Part shown: piece by piece, positions 38,781 through 52,839 of the stretch | Layout: the number at the start of each line of letters is the position of its first letter | How positions within the stretch are numbered: position 1 is the stretch's first letter | Source: Ginglymostoma cirratum | Lineage: Eukaryota | Assembly: GCA_024137785.1 (NCBI GenBank) | Contig: JAHRHZ010000285.1 | Coordinates: 62,001-126,000 of the forward strand | Direction of reading: 5' to 3' | Length of the DNA: 64,000 nt | Translations under genes and position numbers: made by a program | Notes under the pieces: model-generated | Databases searched by the model: none | What the model was told of the DNA's origin: nothing | The model's input: the letters and a program-made list of their open reading frames with translations, nothing else

Positions 38781-39406
38781 TTACTTATACATCAGGGTTT
38801 ACATGACACATCAGTAAACACTGGTCAGAGGGAAAAAAAAGCCAACAATACATTAACTTGAAGAAAATCGTGACCACGTGTGAAACCTGAGATTATTAAG
38901 CTAAGCATTTTCCCAAGTCAAACGGCAGCTTGATTATGAAATTAACATTATATTACATTTTCTGCATGGCTAAGCCTCCCTCTATACTGTGTACTTCTTC
39001 TGGTCCACAAAACTCGAAGATACCATGAATACATATCCCTGACGCCTCAGCTTCTCTAAATATAATGTGCCAACCAGTGATAACTACACTCTCTGATGGC
39101 CCAATTAACCCTCAAGCATTCATGCCTTTAAATTATCCTTCTAGTCAGACAAATTGCAACGTGATAATACTTCATCATTTTGGAAATATTTTCCAGGAAT
39201 GGAAATTTCCTATTTCTGTGGCTAAGCAGTACACCAGTTTATGTAACTCTTAACCAACTATGGAGAGTGACAGAGGTCAAGATGAAGAAGTTAGGCATGA
39301 GGCTAATGCCATTAAATCTATCATGGGGTCCCTCACATTTAAGTCATTTAAATTAAAACAGAATGAGGTACGGATGCTGTAAATCAGGACTAAAAGTAGC
39401 ATTTCC

Positions 39407-39586
39407 TGGAAAAGATCAGCAGGTCTGGCAGCATCTGTGAAGAAAAAATCAGAGTTAACTTTTTGGGTCTGGTGACCGTTCCTCAGAACCGAGGAAGACT
39501 GTTCTGAGGAATGGTCACTGTACCCGAAACGTAAACTCTGGCTTCTTTTTCTTCACAGATGCTGCCAGGCATGCTGAGCATTTCCA
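39407..39586. repeat. Penelope-terminus-derived palindrome (two ~83-bp inverted arms) with hammerhead-like core
   Basis: Arm 39407-39489 is reverse-complementary to 39501-39586. CTGAGGA-stem-GAAAC at 39504-39530. Confidence 0.75.
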
Positions 39587-42500
39587 ACAATTTCTGGGGG
39601 GTTTTTGCCTCTGAATCATTTCTTGTGCTGTACATCTTCTCTATGTAAATAAGCCCCTGGATACAATATTTCATTGAACATTCTGAAGAGATCATAAAAT
39701 CAAATGGGTGTTTTTCTGTCCAAACTTATGTATGGTTTTCTTGTTTATTTTCCTTTCACATAGTTAATGTATTGATGATGATCATCCTGCACCGGAAACT
39801 GTGCAGTCTTTCAAATTGTATCACTCGCTACCTCTTGGCTATGGCTGCGGCAGATTTACTCATGGTTATAATCGATCTGGTATTGAGACACATTCCGATT
39901 GTTTATCTGGAGCAGTTTACTTTCATCAGGTCCATCCCCTTGTGCAATATCCATGCTGTTCTGCTGTACGCAGCAACTGACTGTTCTGTCTGGTTCACTG
40001 TTACTTTCACCTTTGATCGATTCATGGCAATTTATTGCCAAAACCTGAAAAAAAACTACACTGAAAAAACTGTGACCGTGATTTTAGCAACAGTAACTGT
40101 ATTGAGCTGTTCAAAAAACATTACCTGGTATTTTATACTAACAGGTTGGTATCGGCTGTGGAATGAACCATGGTTTTGTGAAGGAACAGACAATGTTCAG
40201 TTTTCTCTTTTCTGGGATCAATCGAATTCCTTCATTACATTCTAATCCCTGGGATACCATTCGTTCTGATCCTGCTGCTCAATGCTTTAACCATCAGACA
40301 CATTGTCGTGACTAGCAAAGCCCGGAAGAGACAGCATGTTCACAACGCTGGGGCAAGAAACAAAGACTCAGAGATGGATAGCAGAAGGAAATCCAGCATT
40401 TTTTTTTTATTTCGGCAAATTTCATCCTCGGGCAGTGTTAACAGTGTATTCCATACGTGACCGGATGTGGGATTTAGGATACCGAGTTTTGTTTCTTGAT
40501 TATTTTGTGATGGAACTCAGCTTCATGCTGCAGCTCCTGAGTTGTTCCACGAACACATGTATTTATGTGGTGACACAAGCTAAATTCAGAAATCAGTTCA
40601 AAAAGTTGCTGAAACATCCCTTCACTGCAATTCTTCAAGACATTGAATAAAGAGAAGAAACGAATCACTAAAAAAATTGCACTGGTTTCTCAATTTATTT
40701 CACGTCTCCTGCAGGGCAGGCCAATTGCCATGGTGGCTACAATGAGAAACAGCTCAGAAATCATGATGTGGGAGTTGGGGGCAATGCACGTTACACACCA
40801 TTAGGAGCGGTAGAGACAGTGGCTATTTCCAAGACCGATAGAGAGTTGGATGACTCCTTATTCACATCTCTTGCTTTGAAATTTGGCATCTGCTTTTTAT
40901 GGCGTCGAATTCCTGGGGTAAGACAGCATTTGTACTCTGCTGTGACAATGGATTAATTTGCTGTTCTGCATTAATGCAGTTGTTTTTTTCTCAGATGGCA
41001 ATCGTCTTTGAAACTCCTAACCCATTATGTTGTGGACATTATGCACAACACGTGCTCTTCAGATTTAATATTCATAATTTAGTTTAGCATTCAGAACTCA
41101 AACACGGCATTTAAGTAGTGAAGGCACCAGGCAACTCACAATTTTTTTTTCGGCTCCTGCTAGCATTGGACAGGCTCCATGTCCTCTTCTTGGGCATAGA
41201 GTTCGTCTATGAATGAGCTGCCTTGCAGTTCAATCCGACGTCTAATGGGACAGGAGATCTCCAACTTCATGTTTCTGCCTCAAAACCTGTCGTGATCTGT
41301 GGGGAAAATTGCGTGCTCACAAATTAGCCGTCTCAATCCGAGCCTTATATTTAGAGATGTTCTCCCCAATCCCTTACCTCTCTGACTGCTGCCTGGGCCT
41401 CTACCTCCCGCTTCTGTGTGAACCCCAATCCCCTGCTGCATGACCTCTCAATCGCCTTTACTCCTTTAGTTTGGCGTTCTTTTGAAGCTTCAGCCTTCTG
41501 TGCAAACTCAACCTTCTGTTCCCTTCTGGCTCCAACTCCAGCACATGCTTCCTCTCTGCCTCCCTGTTACACTCCACTCTATCTCACTCAGCCAGACCTC
41601 TTTTGCATCAAACTCCAGCTCCATATCCAGGTTTTCGCTCTGCTCCCGTGCCAACCTATTCACTTTCTCCATCTCGGTGACTTCATCATGGTTCACTTCA
41701 TCGTCCTCAGCTTCGATCTTTTCTTCCACCTCGATTTACAGCTCCTGCCACATGTAATCCTCTTGACCTGATTGTTCCACTCCTTCCATCGCTACCTGTT
41801 GATCCTTCTGTGTATAAACCTCTTTCCACTTTACATGGAACTCTTCCTCATTCTGCACCTGTTACTTCTTCTGCCCCTCCTCATCTGTTCTGATTCAAGG
41901 GTCTTTTCTTCCTCAACGACATTCTTTGCCTCAGCGCCCTACTGCGCCTTATCTTCTTGTGCAGTTTCAACCCGCTGCTCTCTGTCAATCTCCTGCTGTT
42001 GTTTTTTTTTCTCTCCCCCCCCACCACCCCCGCAGTACAGTATAGCTCTACTGTGAATTCTGATTCTGCAAGACGTTGAATTCTGCGCAATTTGAACTCT
42101 TCCTCATCCGCATTTTTACGGGTTTTTCGTTGTTCCACCTCAACCACAATACCAGCAATGAACTCGTGTTTTTTTTTTTTCTGAACTGAATCAACGCCCC
42201 TCGACCTCTTTGATCTGGACAGTCTCTACCCTCTGTTGGACATCAGTCTAAGTGCTCTCCTGCACACCATCCCGATTGCCCAGATCCTTTGTCTTGAACC
42301 ACTTGACTGTGTCTGCTGAAACATTACCCATAATCCAGGTAACGAGAGTACTTTAGACTTTTTTTTTCTATAATGACAACGAAACAGCCATCTAAGCACA
42401 AATGTAGTGGGCTGTGCTGCTTTGGCGAAGGCATATATGGAAGGCAAATCCTTCTGTATTCTAGCAACGTCAGAATTCCTCTCCATCTGTTGACCTCTCT

Positions 42501-43409
42501 TCATGAGATGGCAATACTCTGAATGGATCTGATAAATTGGGGTGAGAATACATTTTGGGACATTTGCAATCACAAAGAAGATATTCTCGCCAATAGATGG
42601 GACAACTCACATTGAACTGGCTTTGAATATGAGGAGAGGAATTTTAAAATCTGGACATACAGGATTGGATTCAAAATCATTCAGTAAACACAAGGGTCAT
42701 CGGGCCCGAAACGTAAACTCTGTTTTTTTTCTTTCACGGATGCTGCCAGACCTGCTGAGCCTTTCCAGCAACTTTGTTTTTGTTCAAAACGTATGAGTGT
42801 TTTGTCTTTATGTGAGGTAGGGTACAGGCTATAGTGTCAGATAGTCTAGCAGATGGAAACCCGGGCCAGGTCGGTATGGACATATTTAGTTCAAGTGTTT
42901 GCAGTGGCATAGGTGAGTGTTTCACGAGCACAGATTCTGATAGAGCACGGAAAATATAAACATAACGAAGTTAGAACCAGCTAGGATTTCTAACAGCAAT
43001 CAGTGAAATAAGTACAGGATTAAATAGGATGCTGGAATTATGAAATATGTGGTTCAGCCTCAATTGGTTGTACTCAGCATTCTGACCAGTTCCAGCAAAG
43101 GACAGGCTCCTCGGCTATTGCTGTGGACAGGCACAACATTTGAATCCTACCCTGAACTTTGGAATAAATTACTTTTTTAAATGTTGTTCTTATTCTATGT
43201 TAGTATATTGGCAGATATTCAATGCTCTTTAAATTTGCTGGCGAATCCTATGCCTGACTTGTTCACCTTTTGCTTCAAAATCCGTTTAAAATGCATTAAC
43301 TGTTTCTCCACTGTCACAAATGCCATTTTTAAAATAGCCATATGATTTCCGCTTTGTCAATCCAGTTTGAGTGTGCTTAGTTCCAAAGCAACTAGCAGGA
43401 ACCTTCTTA

Positions 43410-44710
43410 CTAACTGAAAGCAAAACCTAAAGCCTTCCTCGGTCTGTCTGAGTCCTGACCCAGCTGCTCAAGATTCTTCTGTCTCAAGCAAACAAAAGGC
43501 ACCCAGGGAGAGCTCAAACGGCGTTTGTCAACTGCCTGTTTGAGAGAAATGTTCCGACCCCACTGTGGCACTTCTTCGAGAGAAGCCCACTTCTTCGAGA
43601 GAAGCAGAACAGAACCCCCTCTCTTCAAAAGCACAGTCTTGTCACAATCCCCCTTTCGGAAAGTGAACAATCAGTATACAAAGATGGCTTCATTTTCAAA
43701 GCCCTTAGTCTCACGCTTTAAAAACATTACTTTATGTACAGAATGTATTAACTCTAAAATTTTAAACGTTGTAAACGTTGTCAACAATACGGTTCAATTC
43801 AGCCTATTCTTCAACAGTGAATACATCTGCCTTTCTTCATCAGTCATCAAAACACTGGCAATTGCAATCTCTCGTCCTGCTACATGCATAATTTGAAAGC
43901 CTGTAACAATCAACTCTATCTGAATAATCTGACAGTTATATCCTTAATGTCTGCCAACAAAAAAACCGTTAAGGGATTATGATCAGTGTATCCAATCATC
44001 TCAGATACATTCCCGGCAATGTAAATGTTGAAATGTTGTGATACCAAAACCAAACACACGGACTTTTTCTCAATACAGGGATATTTCTCGAAGGACATTC
44101 AATTTTCTGGAAATAATATCCAATAAGTCTCCCTGCACTCTCCTTGTCCTCTTTCAAGAGAACAGCACTAAATTGCACATCACTCGCATTAGGAAAGAAC
44201 CTTGAACGGCTTTGTGCAGTTGGGGTTTGTTACCACGTGGGCAGTGTAACACAGTTTTCATGTTGATAAATCCCCTCTGACACTCCTTAGTCCACTGAAA
44301 CGTTTTTGCATTTCTTCAGAAGTCAGTCAGTGGAGCAACCACGCCGCTAAAATTCGTCCGAATTGCTCATGGACGCCACACAGACACAGGACTCGCAGTA
44401 TTTTCCTTCTTGTGGAATGTATAGCAAACTCCCCAATAGCCTTGGCTTTCACATCCCTTGGGACCATCTGTCCATGTCTTATGGTGCTACCTGGGGACGT
44501 GGCTGGGGCTTTTGCGAATATACTCTTAGCCAAAATAACCACCAAGTCCGCCTCCTAACATCGATCGATGCTTCTAGATACTCCAAATTTTCCTTCCACA
44601 TATGACTAAAAATCACCAGATTGTCTATGTAAAATACACCATAGGGACACCCAGAACGACCTTACTGGTAAATCTTTTCAAATATGTCTGGTGCATTCTT
44701 CAGACCAGTG
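43410..44710 (-). mobile_element. Gmr1-like Gypsy RT/RNase H 3' fragment with PPT and partial LTR
   Basis: Minus strand YIDNLV, AKSIFAKA, GYYF.K, HFNIYI, YTDHNPL; reverse PPT GTCACAATCCCCCTTT at ~43640. Confidence 0.75.
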
Positions 44711-45294
44711 TAGGAGATAACTTCTTCATTTGCTGAAAGGCCAGTTCATGGCATTTGGTTCCAGAAATTATTGAATCGGTCCACTACTAATCTTTAATCA
44801 AAATACCCTTGTTCTTTCTGCACAGTTAAAATATCAAAAAGGCACAACGTTAACTATATTGAAGTACTTAACAAGACAATGTGTTTTTTTAACCACTAAT
44901 CAACAACTGTTCCAATGCAGGCAGCATCCCAAAAACGCATCCTTCGAGGAAAATGCAATTCAGCAAAACATTTTTTAGTCTTCACATGCCACCTAGTTTG
45001 GAAGAAAGAGACAATCTGACTCTCTTGAATTTTAAGAAGAAGCCCCACTGTCTAAGATTTCACTCTCGCGGCCTAGCAGTCGTGCCTTTCCCTCAGCAGC
45101 CAGCAGAAAGGTCTCACGAACTGAAACCAAAACTAAAAGCCGTCTTGGGTCTGTGTGAGACCTGACTATCAAATTCACTCGTGATTCTTTTATCATATTT
45201 AAAAAAAAAGCCAGGGAGAACTCAAAAGCTGTTTACCAATTGCCTGTCTGAAGAAGACTTTCGGACCCTAATCTGGTAACATCTCATTCAGTTG

Positions 45295-48200
45295 TTTTCA
45301 GCGGCGGGAGTCCGGGAGGAGGCGCGAGGGCAGCGTGGGAAAGTAAGCTTTTCCTTGAAAACATACCTCGTGAATAGGCGAAGTGCACGCTGAGCAGGAG
45401 CGGATACGGGATGGCTGAGTAAGTGAGGTAATATACTTGGGCGGTTGCTTTACCCGAAACACTACAAAGGTTGTGTCTCCCACCCAGCCTCTTCCTCTAA
45501 ACAAGAAAGATTCTGGGCGCCGATTTGGTAAGTTACGAGTTTTTATTTTCCAATAGTCTGTTTTTGTGAATTCAGAACAATGGGAATGGATGTTAGGGCA
45601 TTTGCATGCTCCTGCTGTAGAATGTGGGAGGTAAGGGTCACCACTAGTGTCCCTGCTGACTTCCTCTACGGGAAGAGCACCCAACTCCAGCTCCTCAGAA
45701 ACCGCGTTAGGGAACTGGAGCTGGAGCTGGAGCTGGACGAATTTCGGATCATTCGGGAGGCTGAGGGAGTGATTGAGAGAAGTTACAGTTCGGTAGTCAC
45801 ACCTCAGGTACAGGAAAAAGGTAGATAGGTTACAGTCAGGGGACGGAAAGAGAAGAGGCAGACTGTGCAGGGATCCCCTTTGGACGTTCCCCTCAATAAC
45901 AAGTATACCATTTCGGATAATGTTGAGGGGGACGAATTACCAGGGGTAAGCCACGGGGTACAGGTCGCTGGCGCAGAGTCTGTCCCTGTTGCTCAGACGG
46001 GAAGAGGGGTGAGGGGCAGTGCATTAGTCATTGGGGACTCCATAGTTAGGGGGACAGATAGGAGATTCTGTGGGAATGAGAGATACTCGCAGTCGGTGTG
46101 TTGCCCCCCAGGAGTCAGGGTCGGTGATGTCTCGGATCGTATTTTCGGGATCCTTAAGGGGGACGGGGAGTAACCCCAAGTCGTGGTCCACACAGACACC
46201 AACGACATAGGTAGGAAAAGGGATGGGGATGTAAAGCAGAAATTCAAGGAGCTAGGGTGGAAGCTTAGAGCGAGAACAAGCAGAGTTGTTATCCCTGGTT
46301 TGTTACCCGTGCCACGTGCTGGCGAGGCGACGAATAGGGAGAGACAGCAGTTGAACACGTGACTTCAGGGATGGTGCAGGAGGGAGGGATTCAGATACCT
46401 GGATAATTTGGGCTCATTCTGGGGTAGGTGGGACCTCTACAGACTGAATGGTCTGCACCTGAACCAGAGGGGTACCAATATCCTGGGGGGAAATTTGCTA
46501 ATGCTCTTCCGGGGGGGTTTAAACTAATTCAGCAGGGAGATGGGAACCTGAATTGTAGCTCCAGTGTACAGGAGTTTGAGAGTAGTGAGGTCATGAATAA
46601 GGTTTCAAGGTCGCAGAAGTGTACTGGCAGGCAGGAAGATGGTTTGAAGTGTGTCTCATTCAATGCCAGGAGCATCCGGAATCAGGTGGGTGAACTTGCA
46701 TGGTTTGGTATCTGGGACTTCGATGTTGTGGCCATTTCGGAGACATGGATAGAGCAGGGACAGGAATGGTTGTTGCACGTTCCGGGGTTTAGATGTTTCA
46801 GTAAGATCAGGGAAGGTAGTAAAAGAGGGGGAGGTGTGACATTGTTAGTCAAGGATAATATTACGATGGTAGAAAGGACGTTTGATGAGAACTCGTCTAC
46901 TGTGGTAATATGGGCTGAGGTTAGAAACAGGAAAGGTGAGGTCACCCTGTTGGGACTTTCCTACAGGCCTCCGAATAGCTCCAGAGATGTAGAGGAAAGG
47001 ATAGCAAAGATGATTCTGGAGAGGAGCGAAAGTAACAGTGTAGTTGTTATGGGGAAGCTTTAACTCTCCAAATATTGACTGGGAAATCTATAGTTCGAGT
47101 ACTTTAGATGGGTCAGTTTTTGTCCAATGCGTGCAGGAGGGTTTCCTGACATCGTGTGCAGATAGGCCAACAAGAGGCGAGGCCACATTGGATTTGGTCC
47201 TGGGTAATGAACCAGGCCAGGTGTTGGATTTGGAGATAGCTGAGCACTTTGGTGATGGTGACCACAATTCGGTTACGTTTACTTTAGCAATGTTCAGGGA
47301 CAGGTATATACCGCAGGGCAAGATTTATAGCTGGGGAAAGGCAATTATGAGACGATTAGGCAAGACTTAGGATGCATAGGATGGGAAAAGGAACTGCAGG
47401 GGCTGGGCATAATTGAAATGTGGAGCTTGTTCAAGGAACAGATACTGCGTGTGCTTGATAAATATGTACCTGTCAGGCAGGGAGGAAGTGGTCGAGTGAG
47501 GGAACCGTCGTTTTCTAAAGAAGTTGAATCTCTTGTCAAGAGGAACAAGGAGGCTTATGTAAAGATAAGGCATGGAGGCTCAGTTAGGGCACTTCAGAGT
47601 TACAAGTTAGCCAGGAAGGACCTAAAGAGAGAGCTAAGAAGAGCCAGGAGGGTACATGAGAAAGGTAGGATCAAGGAAAACCCTAAAGCTTTCTATAGGT
47701 ATTTCAGGAATAAAAGAATGACTAGAGTAAGATTAGGGCCAGTCAAAGACAGTGGTGGGAAGTTGTGCATGGAGTCCGAAAAGATAGGAGAGGTGCTGAA
47801 TGAATGTTTTTCGTCAGTATTCACAAAGGAAAAAGGCAATGTTATCGAGCAGAATACTGAGATACAGAGTATTAGACTAGACGGGATTGAGTTTCATAAG
47901 GAAGAAGTGTGAGCAATTCTGGAAAGTGCGAAAATAGATAAGTCCCCTGGGCCGGATGGGATCAATCCTAGGAATGTCTGGGAAGCTAGGGAGGGGATTG
48001 CAGAGCCTTTGGCTTTGATCTTTATGTCGTCATTTCCTACAGGAATAGTGCCAGAAGACTGGAGGATAGCAAATGCTGGCTCCTTGTTCGAGAAGGGGAG
48101 TAGAGATAACCTTAGTAATTACAGACCAGTGAGTCTTACTTCGGTTGTGGGTAAAGTGTTGGAAAGGATTATAAGAGACAGGATTTATAATCATCTAGAA

Positions 48201-49492
48201 AGGAATAATTTGATTAGGGATAGTCAACACGGTTTTGTGAAGGGTAGGTCGCGCCTCACAAACCTTATTGAGTTCTTTGAGAAGGTGACTAAACAGGTGG
48301 ATGATGGTAAATCGATTGATGTGGTGTATATAGATTTCAGTAAAGCATTTGATAAAGTTCCCCATTGTAGACTATTGCAGAAAATTCAGAGGCATGGGAT
48401 TGAGGGTGATTTAATGGTTTGGATCGGAAATTGGCTAGCTGGAAGAAGACAGAGGGTGGTGATTGATGGGAAATGTTCATCCTGGAGTTCAGTTACTAGT
48501 GGTGTACCGCAAGGATCTGTTTTGGGGCCAGCATCGTTCGTCATTTTTATAAATGACCTGGATAAGGGCGTAGAAGGATGAGTTAGTAAATTTGCGGATG
48601 ACACTAAAGTTGGTACAGTTGTGGATAGTGCAGAAGGATGTTACAGATTACAGAGGGACATGGATAAGCTGCAGAGCTGGGATGAGAGGTGGCAAATGGC
48701 GTTTAATGCGGAAAAGTGTGAGGTGAAACGCTTTGGAAGGAGTAACAGTCATACAGAGTACTGGGCTAATTGTAAGATTCTTGGTAGTGTGGACGAGCAG
48801 ACAGATCTTGGTGTCCATGTGCATAGATCCCTGAAAGTTGCCACCCAGGTTGATAGGGTTGTTAAGAAGGCGTACGGTGTGTCAGGTTTTATTGGTAGAG
48901 GGATTGAGTTTCAGAGCTATGAGGTCATGTTGCAGCTGTACAAAACTCTGGTGTGGCCGCACTTGGAGTATTGCGTACAGTTCTGTTCGCCACATTATAG
49001 GAAGGATGTGAAAACATTGGAAAAGATGCAGAGGAGATTTACCAGAATGTTGCCTGGTATGAAGGGAAGGTCTTATGAGGAAAGGCTGAGGGACTTGAGG
49101 CTGTTTTAGTTAGAGAGAATAAGGTTAAGAGGTGACTTAATAGAGACGTACAAGATGATCAGAGGACTGGATAGGGTGGACAGTGAGAGCCTTTTTCCTC
49201 GGATGGCGATGGCTCGCATGAAGGGACATAGCTTTAAATTGATGGGAGATAGATATAGGACAGATGTCAGAGGTCGATTCTTCACTCAGAGAGTAGTAAG
49301 GGCGTGGAATGCCCTGCCTGCAACAATAGTAGACTCCCCAACTTTAAGGGCATTTAAATGGTCATTGGATAATTATATGGATGATAATGGAATAGTGTAG
49401 GTTAGATGGGCTTCAGATTGGTTTCACAGGCCAGCGCAACATCAAGGGCTGAAGGGCCTATACTGCGCTGTAATGGTCTATGTTCTATGATC
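45295..49492 (+). mobile_element. Near full-length CR1 (HER1-like) LINE; ORF1 (Zn finger/leucine zipper + SGNH esterase) ~45580-46528, ORF2 (APE + RT) ~46590-49400; inactivated
   Basis: ORF1 CSCCRMWEV...LRNRVRELELEL, VIGDSIVRG, DGLHL-like. ORF2 [44 protein letters not shown]. Tail TCTATGTTCTATG. Several stops and frameshifts (e.g. 45826, 47910, 48579, 49107). Confidence 0.95.
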
Positions 49493-52400
49493 TTTGCCAG
49501 GAGTACAGGAGTTGGGACTAATATTGCGGTAGTCCAGGCTGTTGGTGTGTTCTCTTCTGGAGTACCGTATCCAGTGATGTTCGCTCCTTTATAGGAAGGA
49601 TACCATCAAGCTGGAGAGGGTTCAGAACCGATTTACCACGATGAGTTGGGAATGGAGTGTTTGAGATACAAGGAGAGGCTGGATAGGCATGGACGAATTT
49701 CTTTCTGACTGACTTCTGAAGAAATGGAAAAAACGTTTCAGTGGTCTGAGGAGAGTAAGAGGGAATTTGTCAAAATGAAAACTGCGTTACACTGTCCAAG
49801 TGATAACAACCCCCATCTGCACAAAACAGTTCAAGGTTCTTTTTTAAATAAATAAGTGCCTGATTATTCAGTGATGGCATGCACAGGATGTGGTCAGGGA
49901 TGTTCATCTCTTGCAGTTGAGTTTCTGATGTTGTGTGACTATGAGTGTTTGTTTTCTGAAGGCAAGTGTGATGAGGTGTGTGGTGCGGGGTATTGAGTTG
50001 GGGATAAGGCATGCGAGATGTCGAGCGCGAACTATTGTGTTTGTGATTGTGTGTGTGATGTGATTTGGATTGGGAGGCCCTTCAGTTTAGTTGTGGGTGT
50101 GTTGTATTGTGGAACAATGCATTATTTCATCCAGTCAATTGACCCACCATCTGTGGTTTAGGTCCATGATCTGTTAACGCTCAGCATTCCTCTTATTATT
50201 ATCATGTTGGAAAAAAATACTCCTCACGTTGCCAATAGATCACTATACACTTTTCTTCAATCTGTGCCATCATTGGAGGCAGTTTCTACTTGATAGATTT
50301 ATTTAGAGTAATGTGAAATCTTCGTTTTTTTAACCCTCGTCGTGATCTTTCAAATTTGTAGTTGAAATTACTCAGATTGTAGAAAAGTCGTGAAGGTATC
50401 TTGTTGTACCCCTTGCAGTCTAAAAAAAAGGGGTTGGGGAAAGAAAAAAAACGCATTGATTGGGAAAACACGTGGGACTCAAGACGAGAGAACCGTGACC
50501 AAACAAGAACCAAAAGTATGAAAGTGAGCAACAGCGACAGAAGTGTCAAATTGCTCGTGTAAGAATCACGAGCTGAGGAAGGTTAGTCAAACATTGTCAT
50601 TAACTCCAAACAGATCAGAAAATGAATGTTTTGGAGATGTATTTAAGAAAATATTGAAATGCTGCGCAAACAGTAATTTTCTTTAGGAAAGCAATAAAGA
50701 TTGTCAAAATGTCTGTCAGTACGTTTAAAGTTATGTTGTATTGGCGTCATTATTTTGGAGTAAAATTATAACTAATTAATTTGTTGTTTTCTTTGTCGCT
50801 TTTTTTTCGATGAACGAACTCTAGGTCACGTGGAGAGTGACAAAACCAAAAGAAGCTCTCGAAGGTTCCCCTCGTGCATAAGTACGAAATGTCTTTGAAC
50901 GTATAATACCGTCTGCATCAACAGACAGAAGGCACCTTCAGAGGAGATGGCACAGGCCCCAATAATAAACATTGGGAATGGTTTCTATTATTCTCTCGTA
51001 CTTGTTGGTATATCAGGTGAGATATAACAATTTTTTATATATTGTCAATAATATATTTAGTTTAACATTTGAATAATCCAAGTCGTGTCTTTATTTCACC
51101 GAACCTGATTTCTCAGCACTTTCATATTCATTCAAGGAAAAATAGTGTCTTTTTTTGCCCCAATGACGCTGCTGTACAATAGAATCCAGTGAAATTTTAA
51201 TTGTCCTCCATTTTCCACGTTCTATTTTACCATCATGTCTGCGAGTGCCCGATCTATATTGGGTCTCAATGTATTAAAAAAATCATTGCACCGTCCATGT
51301 TTCTGCAATTGGGTTCAGTCTTTGAAACATCCAAGCTATCTGAGCTTGTCATGATTTGAGCGATCAGTCGTTTTGTATTACATCCATGCTGTTAATGGTG
51401 GCAGTGCCTTGAGATTCCACAGAAAATTTCTTTCAAACAGCCAAGGTATATTGCCATGTCTACCTACATCACATTACATGAAGATCCTTTGATGAATTTA
51501 CTTAGCTAACAACACACACGGTAGTGTTTCCACATTTACCTTAAAGGGAAATGCCGTCCGCTTTATGATACTGTCATGGACTAGATAAGGCATTGACTAC
51601 TAACGCTGCAATAACTTATTTTGATTACTTGTTCCTACTCATTAGGATTTCTCATGGCCCATGTAAATTTAGCTGCATTTCCGAAAGTACCAGAATTATA
51701 AAGTTTTGGAAAGAAAGGCCTTCATTTCGTGTTCAAAAATGACACGATAGGAGCAATCATCAACTTCCAAAAAGCGTAGAAGACAGACTACTGGTACAGG
51801 AAGGCAAGATTTAGTGCAAATCAGTGCGAATCAATTAAAGTGGAAATAACGGGATATGGCGCATATAGAATAACTAAAGTCTGGAGGCACACGTAGAGGC
51901 GATGATACCCGTAAATGACGGGCGCTGCTTTGTACTGTATGGGTTAGAACTTTCTATCTGTTAATGTATAGCAACAGTACACATACAGCAAAGTGAGTGT
52001 GTACCACAGCGCCCCCAATAATTACCTGTAGGTACTGAACAATGCTTTAGTTATCAGAACGTTAATTACTCGCGACGGAATTGAAAAAGAAATTCAACTG
52101 CTCTTGTAACATCACTGATAGCATCTCTCTCTGGTCAGTGGTAACCCGTAACATGTCAATTTTGATTTATTTATTGAAATGTGCGTTTGATTGCAAAATA
52201 CAGTGTAGATTGTTGTATAGTGTCGCCATACACCGGCACCTTCTTAAAATAGAGAAAAATTATGGCTTCTTGTTAAGCGCTCAGCCACGGGCCTGGGGCC
52301 CACAGCCACGGATCCTCTTGCCGGGGCTGCCACCGCGAGTCCTCGCCGATGCAGTAACCGCCGAGGTAGGAGAAAGAAAAGAACAGCGGACGGAGTGGAT

Positions 52401-52839
52401 GCCTTATTTTGCCGGCACATCATGCACGTGTTGAATTGTTTTATTTGCGCGTTTGAGCGCGCATGTTGCTTTGTAATGTCAGGTGGTTTTTGCGCGGCTC
52501 CTGTGTGCTGGGACATTTCTTTGCCATTTTAAACGTGCCAGCCTCGAACTCTTCCTCGTTCATCGACATGTGGAACTGAATTGCTTCAGTATGTGAGGAG
52601 TCTCAAATTGTGGCAAATACTGAGCGATTAAACAAAATCTGACTTCTGAACTCATGATGCAGCGAAAGTTATTAATGAGGAAGGTGAAAGTAGTTGTTCC
52701 AAGGACATGACATTGTTGAAAAGATCTCCTGTGGAAAGGACTCAGGTCCATCTTTGAAGAAGTTGATGAGGAATTATCGACGCTGATGGAAACTTAAAAC
52801 ATGCTCTGACGTGTGAAGGGTGATGACCACCTAACTCTT

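Larger units (their letters stand above)
34688..40650 (+). pseudogene. GPR139/GPR142-like GPCR paralog 2 (exon1 34688-34865, intron 34866-39763, exon2 39764-40650); frameshifted
   Basis: Exon1 MDQKLRIVCNIT...QVIQAGYYLILAIVGLL-g|GTAAG; acceptor cacatAG|tt. Exon2 VNVLMMIILHRKLCSLSNCITRYLLAMAAADLL...TDCSVWFTVTFTFDRF... with frameshifts near 40215 and 40400-40430. Ends LSCSTNTCIYVVTQAKFR...TAA. Confidence 0.88.

Noticed and set aside
40200-40435. Paralog 2 frameshifts as pure homopolymer sequencing errors
   Set aside because: Two are in G/T runs, but an additional non-homopolymer deletion near the TM6 'LW' and a missing codon at 'NY-TEK' suggest real decay. Raw reads are needed to settle this.
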